From Botryllus schlosseri (Eukaryota), in contig CM119378.1 in assembly GCA_051294905.1 (NCBI GenBank), positions 9,424,001 to 9,488,000 of the forward strand: a stretch of DNA of 64,000 nt. The letters run 5' to 3'. The notes beneath the pieces were generated by a model. That model searched no databases. It saw only the letters and a list, made by a program, of their open reading frames with translations, and had not been told where the DNA came from. Shown piece after piece: positions 43,501 through 56,278 of the stretch. Numbering within the stretch: the stretch's first letter is position 1; the number at the start of each line of letters is the position of its first letter. The position numbers were made by a program, and so were the translations under genes.

Positions 43501-44427
43501 TTACAAATGTGGTAATACAGGGGACCCCTCAAATTTGTCAAAATTATACCGTGGATCATTGTGTATGGTGCGCAGGAGTGCCAAGAATCGGTCAGTCTTT
43601 TGATGTTGACGTTTCCACAAAAACTCCCCTACGTAATCGGCTAAAAGGTGACGTGCTAAACCACGAGACCTATGTAAGTGATATTTAAGCTGTCCCCAGG
43701 CCCCCTCGATTTCATTAGTACAAAAAGCTGTCCGGGGATCTTTAAACCATCGGGAGTGGTCCACTACGCCGTGTATATAACCCTTCCCCCAGCTCTCTAT
43801 GCCCTTGTAGGAAGGATAAGCATCGGTTAGAATTGTGGACCCCTCTGTCACATTTTCTACTATGAGTTTTCGAAATACTTCAGCAGTTCTGTCAGAAGTT
43901 ATTTCAATGAACATTTCTCCGGTGGCTTTGTCTATTCCTCCAAACCCCCAAATGGCTTTAACAGCTGGTCCTTTACCAGAGGCAGCCCGGCGCTTGGCTA
44001 AGTGCGTTTCATCAATAATTACGCAACCGCCTTCCTTTCCCAAACGTCGCTTGTTCCTGTGAAATTCGGCCGTACAAAGCTTTCGCAATTTGCCGCACCA
44101 GGTAACCGTTGAACGTGGGCTAATCTCAGCTTCATGCGAAATTTGGGTTTGCAACGCGTCATGGGACCAAAAGTAGAACAATATTAATAATTTGGGAAGT
44201 TCTACCTTGCTTCCCGCGAATATCGAGTGTTTCCGTATAGTCGCCGTAGTGTCACAGGGGTTGCATCGCCACCTAAATCCATCATCGCCTGTTGACGTAA
44301 TTTCCTCTTTCATTATTTTTTTACATCGCTTGCATTTCATCCTTCGCACCAACAACCCGTGATTTCTCAGAAATATCACACAATCCCGTGTGTTTAGCAA
44401 TGCACCCGATTCGACCAAACTCAACAC
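43501..44427 (-). CDS. Second IS1595/ISXO2-like (Merlin-type) DDE transposase (~308 aa)
   Basis: CKRC...WRCNPC, IIDETHL / LTDAYPSY / TNEIEGAW, YVGEFLWKR. GTG start; similarity to 11483-12430 extends upstream (DTRKRT versus ESRKRK), so the true start is uncertain. No TIRs seen. Confidence 0.88.
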   Translation of the reverse strand: MLSLVESGALLNTRDCVIFLRNHGLLVRRMKCKRCKKIMKEEITSTGDDGFRWRCNPCDTTATIRKHSIFAGSKVELPKLLILFYFWSHDALQTQISHEAEISPRSTVTWCGKLRKLCTAEFHRNKRRLGKEGGCVIIDETHLAKRRAASGKGPAVKAIWGFGGIDKATGEMFIEITSDRTAEVFRKLIVENVTEGSTILTDAYPSYKGIESWGKGYIHGVVDHSRWFKDPRTAFCTNEIEGAWGQLKYHLHRSRGLARHLLADYVGEFLWKRQHQKTDRFLALLRTIHNDPRYNFDKFEGSPVLPHL

Positions 44428-44719
44428 ATTGTATGTTCTTTTCCGCGTATCTGCGCAAGTAAATAATACGACATGTGGCGTCGATCAACTCCCCATCGTC
44501 TTTGGCGGATCAAACCCCCCTTTTTCTTGGCGTTTCATGTGTACTGACTCTCTCCTATTTTAATCCCGTGTTATTCCTATGACAGGGTTATTTTTTTCAC
44601 TTGTTCCTTACCAGGCCTAATGATTTTTTCACCCTCATTTCAATGTACATGCAAAACACTTACTATCCCACTACACACCCATTTTATGGTGCAACAACTA
44701 TTGCCGCCTAGACCTCCGG

Positions 44720-45450
44720 GCACTTATTTCACAAGTACCAAAAGAAGATTATGTTCACTTTCCTGGTGGAGAGTAAACCTCTAGTACCAGCACTATACCT
44801 TTGTAACTGTGATACGAAATTTAATCACTGAATTTCCGTGCTTTTCCGACATTCGTTCTGTACAAAATAAATTCTGACTACTCAGTACTCGGTTTAATGT
44901 GAGCGCCAATACCGTTGCCTGAAAATTTCAAATGGGCCCTTTTGAAATGCGATGCAGTTGAATTGAAAGACAAATTTCATACAAAGAGCATATCGCTGCA
45001 TGACTTTGACAAAGAGTACGTTCTTGAAATAGGTCTTTATCCCAGCTTGACCAACAATGCAACAGAAATGGCATCGACTTTTGATAGCACGTACGCATGT
45101 GAAAAATAGTTTAAAACAATGGAATTCACAAAGAGCAAGCTAAGATCACGTATTCTAATGCCCATTTAGAATGTGATGGTCTGATTGTTGCTTCATCTGA
45201 CTCGCTATTAGAAGTTGAAATTCTTTCATAAAGCATGTTGCGACAAGTGTCACATTTATGCTGCGTTGTTGAAGTGTAAATAAAATATATGTGTTTTGCC
45301 CTTTTTGTGATTTGTATGATTGAGATTGCAGCAATGTAGGGTACTAAACCGACGTGAGCGTTAAATATAGTATCAAGAAAAAATCCGGCCCGCCAAAAAG
45401 TTGTGCACTCGGAATTTGGCCCGCGACTAGCAAAAGGTTGCCGACCCCTG
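44720..45450 (+). mobile_element. 5'-truncated hAT (Charlie/SPIN-like) transposon remnant
   Basis: Decayed transposase C-terminus (HFP...NLITEF...STFDSTYACE..FKTMEFTKSKLRSR) and a right end ggttgccgacccctg. Confidence 0.75.
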
Positions 45451-46450
45451 TTGTACAACAACGAAAGATTCTTCCCTACATTCTCAGGTAGAACGTGTCT
45501 GTCTTAACTAAGTAGCTTGCCAAGAATGGAGAAAGAACGTCCAACAGCAGCGGTTGCTGGCTGGAAACACTGAAGTTGTGCGTACCCTGCTGGTGACACA
45601 CCGTGTTGCTTCATTCTGACAATGTTGTCAATATCAGTGGTTCTCAACCACCGGTCCGCGACGACTTTGCTGCAGGTCCGCCAGGTATACTACACTTTTA
45701 ACCCTAATTTCAAGATGCAATATGTTGAAGTACAAGCCGTTGATAAAATGAATAAAACATCAAATTTTAAACTGATTCAGAACTTCGTGAGGTAACATCA
45801 GTTCTGGAAACATGTTCGATTTGACTTGAAGTTCGAGCCGCGTCATTTGGCGACATGCAAGCGACTAGTATAAGCTGATTCACTAAACTGCTCACTGCGC
45901 AGTTTTTCGCGATCATTCGTTTTCGATTAATTCACTTTGTGCGGGATAGCATCTGCCGAACCCCAAACCCCCCAATTGGAGCGGGACCGAGCTTGAAGGG
46001 GTACAAAATTATTTCGTGAATAAACATAAATTATAGTAATTTTTGAAACTTTATCCGACTTTTTCCAAAAAAAAATCGCACTTTGCGTCATTTAGTATCA
46101 CAAAATGTCTTCATTATTGGGTGCGTTGATCTCAAGAAATACACACGATTAATAGGAATACACATTTAGGCGTCAGCCATTACCGCCCCACGACGCGCCA
46201 ACACAGAATGAAGTTTAGACAAACATAGCACTCCCAAACGTGTGCCAAAAATTTGACAGCGAGATAACCTTGGCCGACTGCGCTTTGTTGATCGAAAACT
46301 TCGATATATATATATATATATCAGAGAGGAGCATGGATTAGGAATAGGATTTGAAAAAACAGGATTTGTGAAATTTTGTCGGATTTGGATTGGATTAGGA
46401 TTAGAGATTTTTTCTGAACGGATTAGGATTTGGATTGGATTTACCTATTT

Positions 46451-48860
46451 TCATCATCATCATTGGTTTATTAGCAATTTTATCAGTTCAATACACCACA
46501 AAAAATGCGATACAATGAAAAGACAGGAAGATGTCGAAGCGACAAGGAGTAGTCTATGGAATCTGACACCCACCTTGGCCTAGGCCAGTGGTTCTCAACC
46601 GCCGGTCCGCGGACCGGTGCCGGTCCGCGACGACATTCATGCCGGTCCGCGAGGTATATTACAATTTTATACTTTAATTTCAAGATGCAATGTTGAAGGC
46701 TTGTCCTTTGATAAAATAAATAAAACATCTAATTTTAAACTGATTCAAAACTTCGTGAGGTAACATTAGGGCTGGAATCATGTTCGATTTGACTTCAAGT
46801 TCAAGACGTTTCATTTGACGACATGCGAGCGACAAATACAGAACAGATACGAGCCGACTCATCGCTAAACAGCGCAGTTTGATCATTGGTTTTCGATTCA
46901 TTTATTTTGTGCAGGACCGTAACTGGGGCACCCCAAACCGCCCAATTGGAGAGGGGCCGAGCTTGAAAAGGGCCCTAAATTATTTCGCAAATGAACATAA
47001 ATCATAGCGTTTTATTTGAAACTTTTTCCAACATTTTTCAATTTATTTTCGGGCTTTGCACGATTTAGTGTCCCTAATTGTCTTGCTTATTATGTGCCCT
47101 TCTCCGAGAAATACGCATAATTTGTAGGCATTTCGGCGTCAGCCATTACCGCACCACGACGTATCCACACATAATGAAGTTTAGGTTAACATATGGGACT
47201 CCGAAATTTGGACCAAAAATTCGACCGCAGGTAAACCGCTTCAGTCGTGAATGATCGAAAATTTTCGCTATTGTCGCGATAAGCTATAGGCAAACTCTCT
47301 GCTTACGCTGAGTAGAATGGATGTGATCACAAGTAGCCTACAGGTGAAAACAACCACCCAAGTGTAGGGTCTTGGGGCGAAGCCCCCGGAAGTTTGGCTT
47401 ATCGCCCTGTGAAGCCCCCAAGACCAACGTTTTTTGGGGTGGGCTGACGAAGTGCTTTTTCGGCCCGGATTTGCGGATGGGCGGTATAGCTGCTGTAATG
47501 TGTTTTCTTGCGGCACGCATTGTATTCGTAGTTGCTAGAGTAGCCGGCGTCTGGTGGCAGTGAGCAATGAGCAAGGTAGCACGACAAGGTGCTTGGTTCG
47601 ACTCCGATACGCTTCTTCTCTTGATATTGTCAAAGAGAAGAATATTATTGGAGTTGGCGTGGGCGTTTAAACCCACGGCCTTCGGCGCGAAAGACTGTAA
47701 AGGACTCTCGGCGGTAGCACGTTTATCTGGACAAGGCAATTTTACCTGACTCGGCAGACTCACTACCATAAAATCACATGTTTGCCATCATGAATATAAT
47801 TAAACGCGATCAAAACCCTCGAAATGTCACTCTCTAGCATCATATAATTGCAAAAAAACGGTTGCATACTGTACATTTTGGCTTCTTTTCAATTATGACA
47901 GTTCACCGGTCCGCCAGACATTTTTTGGAATTTTACCGGTCCGCGAGGCGAAAAAGGTTGAGAACCACTGGCCTAGGCGATGTAAAGAGGAGGCATGCAC
48001 ACTGAATGAAAGTAAAGAAGATAGTATAGAAAAAGAAAGCGACAAGAAATAGGGCGGCATGTCATGGGAAGCGAGATCGATAGGTCAGTCGTGGTCCGGT
48101 AATCTTGAGGATGGACTGTATTCATTTAGTAGTAATTCCTTGTACTTCGATTTGAATGTGGACATGCTCGTCGACTGTCGGATGGCCGGCGGGATACTGT
48201 TCCACACATCAGGTCCGTCATATTTGATAGAGCGATGATCTTTTCGGTCGATCATATGATATTTGGACGACGTGGACGCGCGTGTGTTGTACTTGTGCGC
48301 TTTTGATTCCGAGGTAAAGAAGTCATTGAAATATTCGGGGCAACGACCGCGGTGGAACTGATACATAAACTTGGCGATTTCTAGTTTCCGCATATCTTCT
48401 ATGTTTATGACGCCGAATCTCTTCAGCAGCGACTTGTTGGATGGGCAGCCCGGCCCCTTTGGGGCCCTAGCTATGATTCGGAGTACTTTATGTTGTAGTT
48501 TTTGCAGTGGCCTGAGTGCAGTTTTACTGGCAGCCCCCCAACAGAGGATGCCATAATGTAACTTCGATTGGATTAAGGATTTGAAGAGTATGAGAAGAAC
48601 CCATGCTGGCATGAAGCGCCTAAGGCTGTAGAACAGGCCGCACTTCGGTGATAATTTAGTTTCTAGGGACTGAATATGACTCTTCCAGGACATGTTCGAG
48701 TCCAGTAAAACCCCGAGATATTTGGCATTATCTGTGTTGGAAACGGGCTGACCAGCGATATTAACGGTTAGGTTATTTTTTGAATTTACTGTCAGCAATT
48801 GCGAATTCGAGGCGTTTATGCAAAGGTTGTTCTGGGCCGTCCACTCATGGACTTTTTGGG
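46451..48860 (-). mobile_element. 5'-truncated CR1/L2-group LINE, split in its 3' UTR by a hAT MITE
   Basis: RT thumb and C-terminus (KVHEW...KYLGVLLDSNMSWKSHI...YGILCWG) within ORF 48085-49047; 3' end has AATAAA and an (ATG)n tail at 46451-46472. Confidence 0.8.
46586..47970. mobile_element. hAT MITE, 1385 bp
   Basis: TIR cagtggttctcaacc / ggttgagaaccactg; perfect 8-bp TSD gcctaggc. Confidence 0.9.
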
Positions 48861-50961
48861 AGATTGGTTTGTCGTGTGGCGAATGGCAGCAAACTTTTTT
48901 CAGATCAGTTATAAATTTACTTATGGTTACTAAGTTATCTTGAATGAAGGCAATTGTTGGTTGTGAAAGAAATTTTTCCAATCCCTTTCTTGCAAAACTT
49001 GGCAGTTTTTTTGAATTTCCAGTTGGAATCGGATTAGGATTGGACATGGACTTGAATATGAAAAAGTTATGGATTAGGATTTGGATTTGAAGATTCGGAT
49101 TTGGATTGGATTAGGACATGAAAATTCCAAATCCGCTCATCTGTGATATATATGTCTATAATTGTCCATCGGCCGCTAAATGGCTGACGCTGAATCCCGC
49201 CATTCTAGCAATCTGTGCCCCTTAGGACAACTGCTATACCACACCACAGAGAAAAAATATTTTCTCGTGAAGAAATGGCAATTTGGAATCACGTGTGTCT
49301 AGATCGCCATGGCCAAGTTTGCCGACCTAAGGGGATTGGGGTGTGTTAGTTGACTTGTTTTAAGGTAGGGGGTTATCGCTATGCTGTTTGGCTTTTTTGG
49401 GACAATTATTCCCGCATTTCGTAATTTCCTTGCTGTGTACAGGAAAAATATATAATTTTTGGCGGTCTCGCCAGAATGTCTGTGAAATGGCAAAGTAACA
49501 AATTTGACAGCTCTGCAGAACCTAGGCTTCACAATGGAACCTTTCGAGTATCTCATATCCTTCTAATTCAACAAAAATTATAAATGCAACTTTTTACTGC
49601 AACTTTTGTCAAAATTAAGTGCAACTTACTCTCAATTTTAGTGCAACAAAAACTGGCCCTACTTATGACTGTTGATGAGAGAATTCAAAAATATGAAATT
49701 CGGTCTATATATAGATGAACACGAGTGAATTGGAGGTAAATCAATTTCAATTGACCACTTCTTCGCGCCCCCCTTCAGATGCTTTCACGCCCACCAGGTT
49801 GAGAACCACTGCTCTAGCCGTAGGCTATCTGGCCTGCGAATACAATGCAGTGCACGCAACACCTGACAACAGCTATACCTGGCCCTCCATAAATTTCAGG
49901 GCTGAAAAAGCACTTTGTCAGCCCTCCCCCCCAAAAAAAAACACGTTGATCTGGGGCCTCCCATATGAGGATAAACAAAATTTCTGGGGTCAATCCCTTA
50001 AGACCCCACACTCTCACAGTTGCATGGATCTTTACATCAATATTTGTGAACACATTCATTCTACTCAGTGTAGGCAGAGAGTTTAGGTCACCGAGTCGCA
50101 TCTAGCGTGAAGATTTTCTATAATTCGTGAGTGAATCGGTCAATATTATTGGTAATTGCATATATATTGCTATAATTGTTTTATCCTCTCCGAAGTATGA
50201 GATTTGCCGGTAGAGCTGAGTGAGGTGCCGCCTTGGAAAATTTAGGCATGTAATTAATAATTAAACATATTCGGACGGGCCTGTTATTATTTCGTGACCT
50301 ACTGTCTGTTATATAATGAATAGATATTGAGATCGCGTTCCAGACACACGCGATTCGAAATTGCCATTTCTTCACGAGAAAATATTTTTTTTCTGTGGTG
50401 TGGTATGGCATTTGTCCTGTGGGTACAGATTGCCAGGATAGCGAGATTCAACGTCAGCCATTTAGCCGCCGATGGACAATTATAGATATATATATATATA
50501 TATATCAAAGTTTTCGGTCAACGAAGGGCAGTCGTTTTCGTCCAAGGTTATCTCGCTGCCAAATTTTTGGCACACGTTTCGAAGTGCTATATGTTAGTCC
50601 AAACTTCATTATGTGTTGTCGCGTCGTGGGGCGGTAATGGCTAACGCCTAAATGTCTATTTCTATTAATCGCGAGTATTTCTTGAGGGAAGCGCACCCAA
50701 TAATGAAGACATTTTGTAATACTAAATGACGCAAAGCGCTTGAATGAAAGTCGTCCAATGATCAAGATCATGATTCTTAACTGTACAAGTGTACAAAGTC
50801 AATGCATCTGAACTGCACAATATCTGTGTTGTGACGCACAAGGCCTAATCGGCGATGAGCGTCACTGTGATACCGTGCGTGTAATAATAATAATAATATA
50901 GTAGAATATGTTGCGGTAGATTTATCTTAAATAAAAATTTTCTTCACGCTTCGCCCTATAT

Positions 50962-52090
50962 CAGTGGTTCCCAACGTGGGCGATATCGCCCCCCAGGGGG
51001 CGATTTGGCGGTCTAGGGGGGGGCGAAAATAACGAAGGGGCGATAGGGGGGCGAAAACAGACAAAGGGGGCGATAGGGGGGCGATGGCGCGTTAAAGCGG
51101 CTATATTGGAGTCGGGACCGTAACTACCGCATCCCAAACTCCCCAATTGGGGGGGGGGGCTCGAACTCGAGGGGGGCCAAAATTATTTCGTGAATTAACA
51201 TTAATTATAGAGTAATCTTTTATATATATATATAAATTTTCGCGCTGTGCGCGATTTAATAATATCATATTCTTTGATTTTGGGGTATCCGTCAAAAATA
51301 CGCATGATTTATGGAAATGGGAGACTTCGGCGTCAGCCATTACTGCGCCACGACACACCAAGACATATGAAGGTAGAGGCCATGTAACATGCGACTCCGA
51401 GAAGTGTACCAGAACCCTAGCGAGAAGGCCTTGGCCGAAAAGGAATGCCCTTGTGCTGACCGAAAACTTCGGTATATATATAATGTATCTTTAATTGTCC
51501 TCAATGGCTGGCGTCGAATGTTCCTGTCCTGGCGACCTTAACCCTATAGGACAAATGCCATCCCGCAATCATGTGCGTCTTTTAGTTTGGTACGTTTTGA
51601 CGATTTCCATATCTCTGACATACCAGATATAGGAGGTCACGAAATAGCATCATGTAACGAAGTCAATATAACAACGATTCCGCCCGAAGATGTTTAATTA
51701 ATATTTAGGGGTCCTACCTTTTCCAGCACACCACACTCAGCTTTACCGGTAGCCTACCTCTGATTACGCGAGCAGAAAGAAGATAAAAAATTGATAGCAA
51801 TGAATATGCAATTCCCGACCATATTGACCGATTCAAACATGAATTATATAAATTTGGCGCGTTTCGGGCGTTTAGGCGAAATACGGTATAGGGTATAGCT
51901 GATATGTAGCGACAAAAGGCCCACTGGCTGGGGGGTCTGGGGTTTGGTTTATCACCATATGGTGCCAAAGACCAACGTTGGGGGGGGGGGCTGACGAAGT
52001 GCTGTTTTTAGTTTCCCAATATTTGGGGGGCGATGATCGGTGTGGAGCTCCAAAAGGGGGCGATGAGTCGAAAAAGGTTGGGAACCACTG
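50962..52090. mobile_element. hAT MITE, 1129 bp
   Basis: TIR cagtggttcccaac / gttgggaaccactg; TSD ccctatat / ctctatat. Confidence 0.85.
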
Positions 52091-52133
52091 CTCTATATGT
52101 TGTCACTAGATGTCCTGCTTTCAATATTGTTAC

Positions 52134-52648
52134 TAGGGCTGGATACATTGATTCGAGTACTCGAATCTGAATCGAGTATTAATTTGATGATTCGAGTCGA
52201 GTATAGTAAAAGACGATTTTTTCGAATACTGAAATTATACGCTCCTTGCAACTGAAAGTTAATTTACTAACGAGAATTATAGTTTTGATACTATTTGCCA
52301 CTGAGGAAGCCTTGAAATCTGGATTGGCCGTGTTGCGGCATGCGATACATAGCACAAAGCTACAAGCATTACTGGAAATAGCACATTTCCGAAGTCATGA
52401 TCATCCCACAACATTGTCAAGAAGTGCAATGAAATCGGTATGGTTGAGAAAATACCAAAGTATCTTTTTGTGACGGATAACAGGCAATATGTTTTTTGTT
52501 GTTGCATAAAAGGCACATAAATGAACTTTGACATGGTACATTCTGTTGTGGCGTCATAATAAGTGATACTCGAATACTTGACTCGACTCGAAGCGTAATA
52601 CGTGATTCAGAATCGAATCACTCAGGTACTCGATTTTACCCGGCCCTA
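52134..52648. mobile_element. hAT-type MITE, 515 bp
   Basis: Ends tagggc... / ...gcccta with subterminal gagtactcgaatc motifs; perfect TSD attgttac. Confidence 0.85.
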
Positions 52649-53574
52649 ATTGTTACCCCCCCCCCTTGAAAATGACAAAAAAACGCCGAATGTGCCAGAT
52701 TGAGTTTAACTATACTCGCCATTACGAGAGAAAGTGTCGTCCAACATGCCACCTTGCGTTTGCAGAAAGAACGTTGACGATGAAACTGAGGCACATGCAA
52801 AATGATTGACGCATGATGGCAGAAGCTTTCAATGTCGATATGCCCAGGCGCCGAATAGTCCTGTCCTTGCAAACTGAGTTCAGCGATACACAGTAGACCC
52901 GCAATATACTCAAGTAACAATATTATTGACCTATGAACTAAAACAAAATCGCGCTTCTTGCGGCCAGTGGCCCGCGCAATGGTTCGTCAATTGCATGTGG
53001 CCCTTTGGCCGAAAAGATTGGTCACACCTGCTGTAAGATGTCAAATGATAAGTTCAGCGACAGTAAAAACATTTACAAACAAACATTTACATACAAACGA
53101 AATGCAGGTTGCAAAAAATTTTGACTTTGTAAACAATTTTGACACTTTTAGACCTAACGCTACAATTTTGACAAATTATGAATAATTTTGATATGTCAAA
53201 AGAGCGCCCTACTAATGACATCACAATCCCAGCAAAATGATCTGCCAATAGGTTAATACAATGAGATGTCCCGTAATTGGCTTTGGATTCGAACTTCAGT
53301 TCAGAAATCATTTCCAAATGACAAAGAATTCGACCTACAGACTGAACTACCCGAGCTAGTGCGGAGTGGATCGACAAATTCTCTGGTACGACTCCGATCC
53401 TGTTTGAGTCCTCATTGAGTTTACCCAGGTGATCTAAACTCACAGTAAAGAATTTTTACATCTAGTTAGCGCATTGAAATTAGTACGACAAGGATATGCG
53501 AGTATATAATTTGGAATATTAAGTATTCACAGAAGAGACATAAATAAACGCGTACACAATTACTGCACGGCATG

Positions 53575-55607
53575 CAGACATGGGGTGATTACTTCATGAA
53601 TGTAATCGATTGCGATTACGATTACTTCTGAATCACGCGATTACGATTACGATTACGATTACAGCAAAATCAGGAAGTAGTCGATTACGATTACGATTAC
53701 ATTGGAAAAGTAATCACGATTACTCACGATTACATTTATTTTGCATCGTAGTAGTTATATTGGAAGACAATACATGGATTGCGCTGAAAAGGCCTAATAA
53801 TATAGCAACTATCTTTACAAAAGATGGGTCATTTACTTGTTACGTCATAATGCACCCATTGCCCATTTTATAGAGGACGGTTTATCGCACACAACGTTTT
53901 GCATTCTTGCAAGGTCCATAACTGCCGCACCCCAAATTCCCCAATAGGGTGGGGAGCGTGGTTGGAGGGTACTCAAAAGTATTTCGTAAACCAACATAAA
54001 TTATAAGAGTATTTTCGATAGATTTCATTACCTTGGGAATTCTCTTTGAGCTTTGCGATTTAAATGTCTCTAGATAGCTTGATTTCAAAGTGCATATACG
54101 TCTCCCCCTCAAGAAATAAGGCTTGTATAATTCATAGTAATAGGCATTTAGGTGCCAGTCAATACAGCTCCTCGACACATCAAAGGACATGTGCAGTTTC
54201 GGCCAACATGAGACTCCACGAAGTGTGCTAGTAAAGAAAGACGTTGGCCGAAATTTGGATAATATGTCCATGTCAATAGCCGCGCTGGGTGGGCGTGACT
54301 AACAGTCTACTCCTTTCAATCTGAGCCAACGATGCAAATGCCACCCGAGCACCCACAGAGCATTAGACATGACAATTTGTGTGTGCGTCTCACGCAAGTT
54401 TTTCTTTTATTCTGCTATGTTTGGGCCACTACAATCACTATCTTTTGGCTATATAACAGACCGGAGGTCACGAATTAACAACATACAATAAAGTAATTAT
54501 TCCAAGATACCAGATGTTATAATTATGAATTACGCGCCCCCTGCTCTTCAGGTAAATCTGGCCATCGGGTGCTTAGATAGGATTAAAACGCAATATAATG
54601 CAATTACCAATATTATTGATTAAATTCAATCTTCAACTTCAAAATTGACTACTCTATGGGGGCCCAAGACCAATATTTGGGTGGGGGAAACTTTTGCTGT
54701 TTTGATCCTGATATTAGCCACAACCCACGCTAACATGGTATATAAGCCGATGGCTATGGCGGCAGGTCCAAATGTTCAATAAAGAATTGTGAAATAGCGA
54801 TTGGCGCCCGTTTTGAGTAGAATAATATGAGAATACGAGAAAGTGAACATAAAATTCTGCCTTCAACTTGATGCAGATAATGTAATGCAAGCTTCCATTA
54901 CGAAAACGGCAAAACAACGGCTCGGTTATGATATATATCAGCAGCTGTTGATTTTAATGCTTCGTTGTGGAAACCGTAATGTTTTATTTGACGAGTACAA
55001 AATTTCAAACCTCTGTCTGGTGTACGTTCGTACCATATAGGCCTACTGCTCGCCAAGCAGCACGGTGAAACTGCATTTAACTATAGAATTAGAACTATTA
55101 CATTCTATAGTTTAACTAAGCAAAACCAAACATCAATACAAAAGTTTCTATTTTAACTTATGCTGAGAGGTGATTAAATATCCTGTTGCGAGGTAGTGGT
55201 GTCTGAAATGTATTGATAACCCGATATACAGCACGGTGGTTTTTTTACAATCACACTAATGTACATCGAATATCTATTTACTATGTGTGGACACTTCTTA
55301 CGCAAAGACGAACAAAGCTAATAGGCTACCTCTGACGTAATCATGACCAATGGCATTTGAAAATCAGACGTTTACGCTCTCAATAACTGGTATAGTATCT
55401 CTTCCTTTTTAACGTGTGTTCAGTTTATGTCACAGTCCTTGAACAAATAAAAAGTAATCGTTCATTCACAAAGAAATCGATTAAATATGGGAAGTAGTCG
55501 ATTACGATTACTTCGCGATATTTTCGAATGTAATCGATTGCGATTACTTGAAAATGCTGTAATCGTCGTAATCGATTACGATACTAATCGCGATTACCCC
55601 ATGTCTG
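53575..55607. mobile_element. Non-autonomous hAT-type element, 2033 bp
   Basis: TIR cagacatgggg / ccccatgtctg, subterminal (cgatta)n arrays, perfect TSD acggcatg. Confidence 0.88.
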
Positions 55608-56278
55608 ACGGCATGTCTATTATATTGTAATTTCGAATTACACTCTTGCTCGAAATCTATGCGAGGCCGTTTCACGAATATGAGGCTATTAATCCAGATA
55701 CTACATATACCTCGTAGGAGTAACGCGGTAACAGAATGTCCTTGCTGGCATACTCTACTCAACTCCTGGGAAACTTTATATGATTATCCCAACATTGTTA
55801 CGCGATTAACGATATGTTGCAGATGTTGATACTGACGACCCATATTATGGTATCGTAAAACAAGACAATTAGCCTTAAAACAAACTATAACTGTACTCGA
55901 ATCAGTGAACGAGATATAATCTTGTGGCTTCTCCCGCGTGTGGGGTTGTCACTGCGGATTAGTGCCAGCTGATGAGTCATCCGTCCCGTGATTTGGTTGA
56001 AGTTTTACACCTGATGCTCGTCCTGTCGCAACCCTAGCCTTTTAACCGGAAACGCCAAAGGATTTGTTTTCCAGTAATAGCTGACTTCCAAGAGACAGCC
56101 AGCGAGAATCGAGCCGGGATGCCCAGTCTGCGAGTGTCTTCTGCAGTGCAAGCGAATCAGAAAAAAAACGCAATAAGAGAACCATTATAGCACCCTTATG
56201 TTCCATATTTGAGGTAGCTTTTTGCCTTGTTCTTCAATTACCATCATGACTTCTGTCTGATGGTTAAGCTATATCTAT

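Noticed and set aside
44803-44808. Errantivirus-like LTR start AGTTAC
   Set aside because: It falls inside the decayed hAT transposase reading frame (HFP...FVTVIRNLITEF), so it is probably chance.
48860-49047. N-terminal ~60 aa of ORF 48085-49047 as part of the RT
   Set aside because: It derives from the flanking ggatt-repeat element fused by chance to a 5'-truncated LINE.
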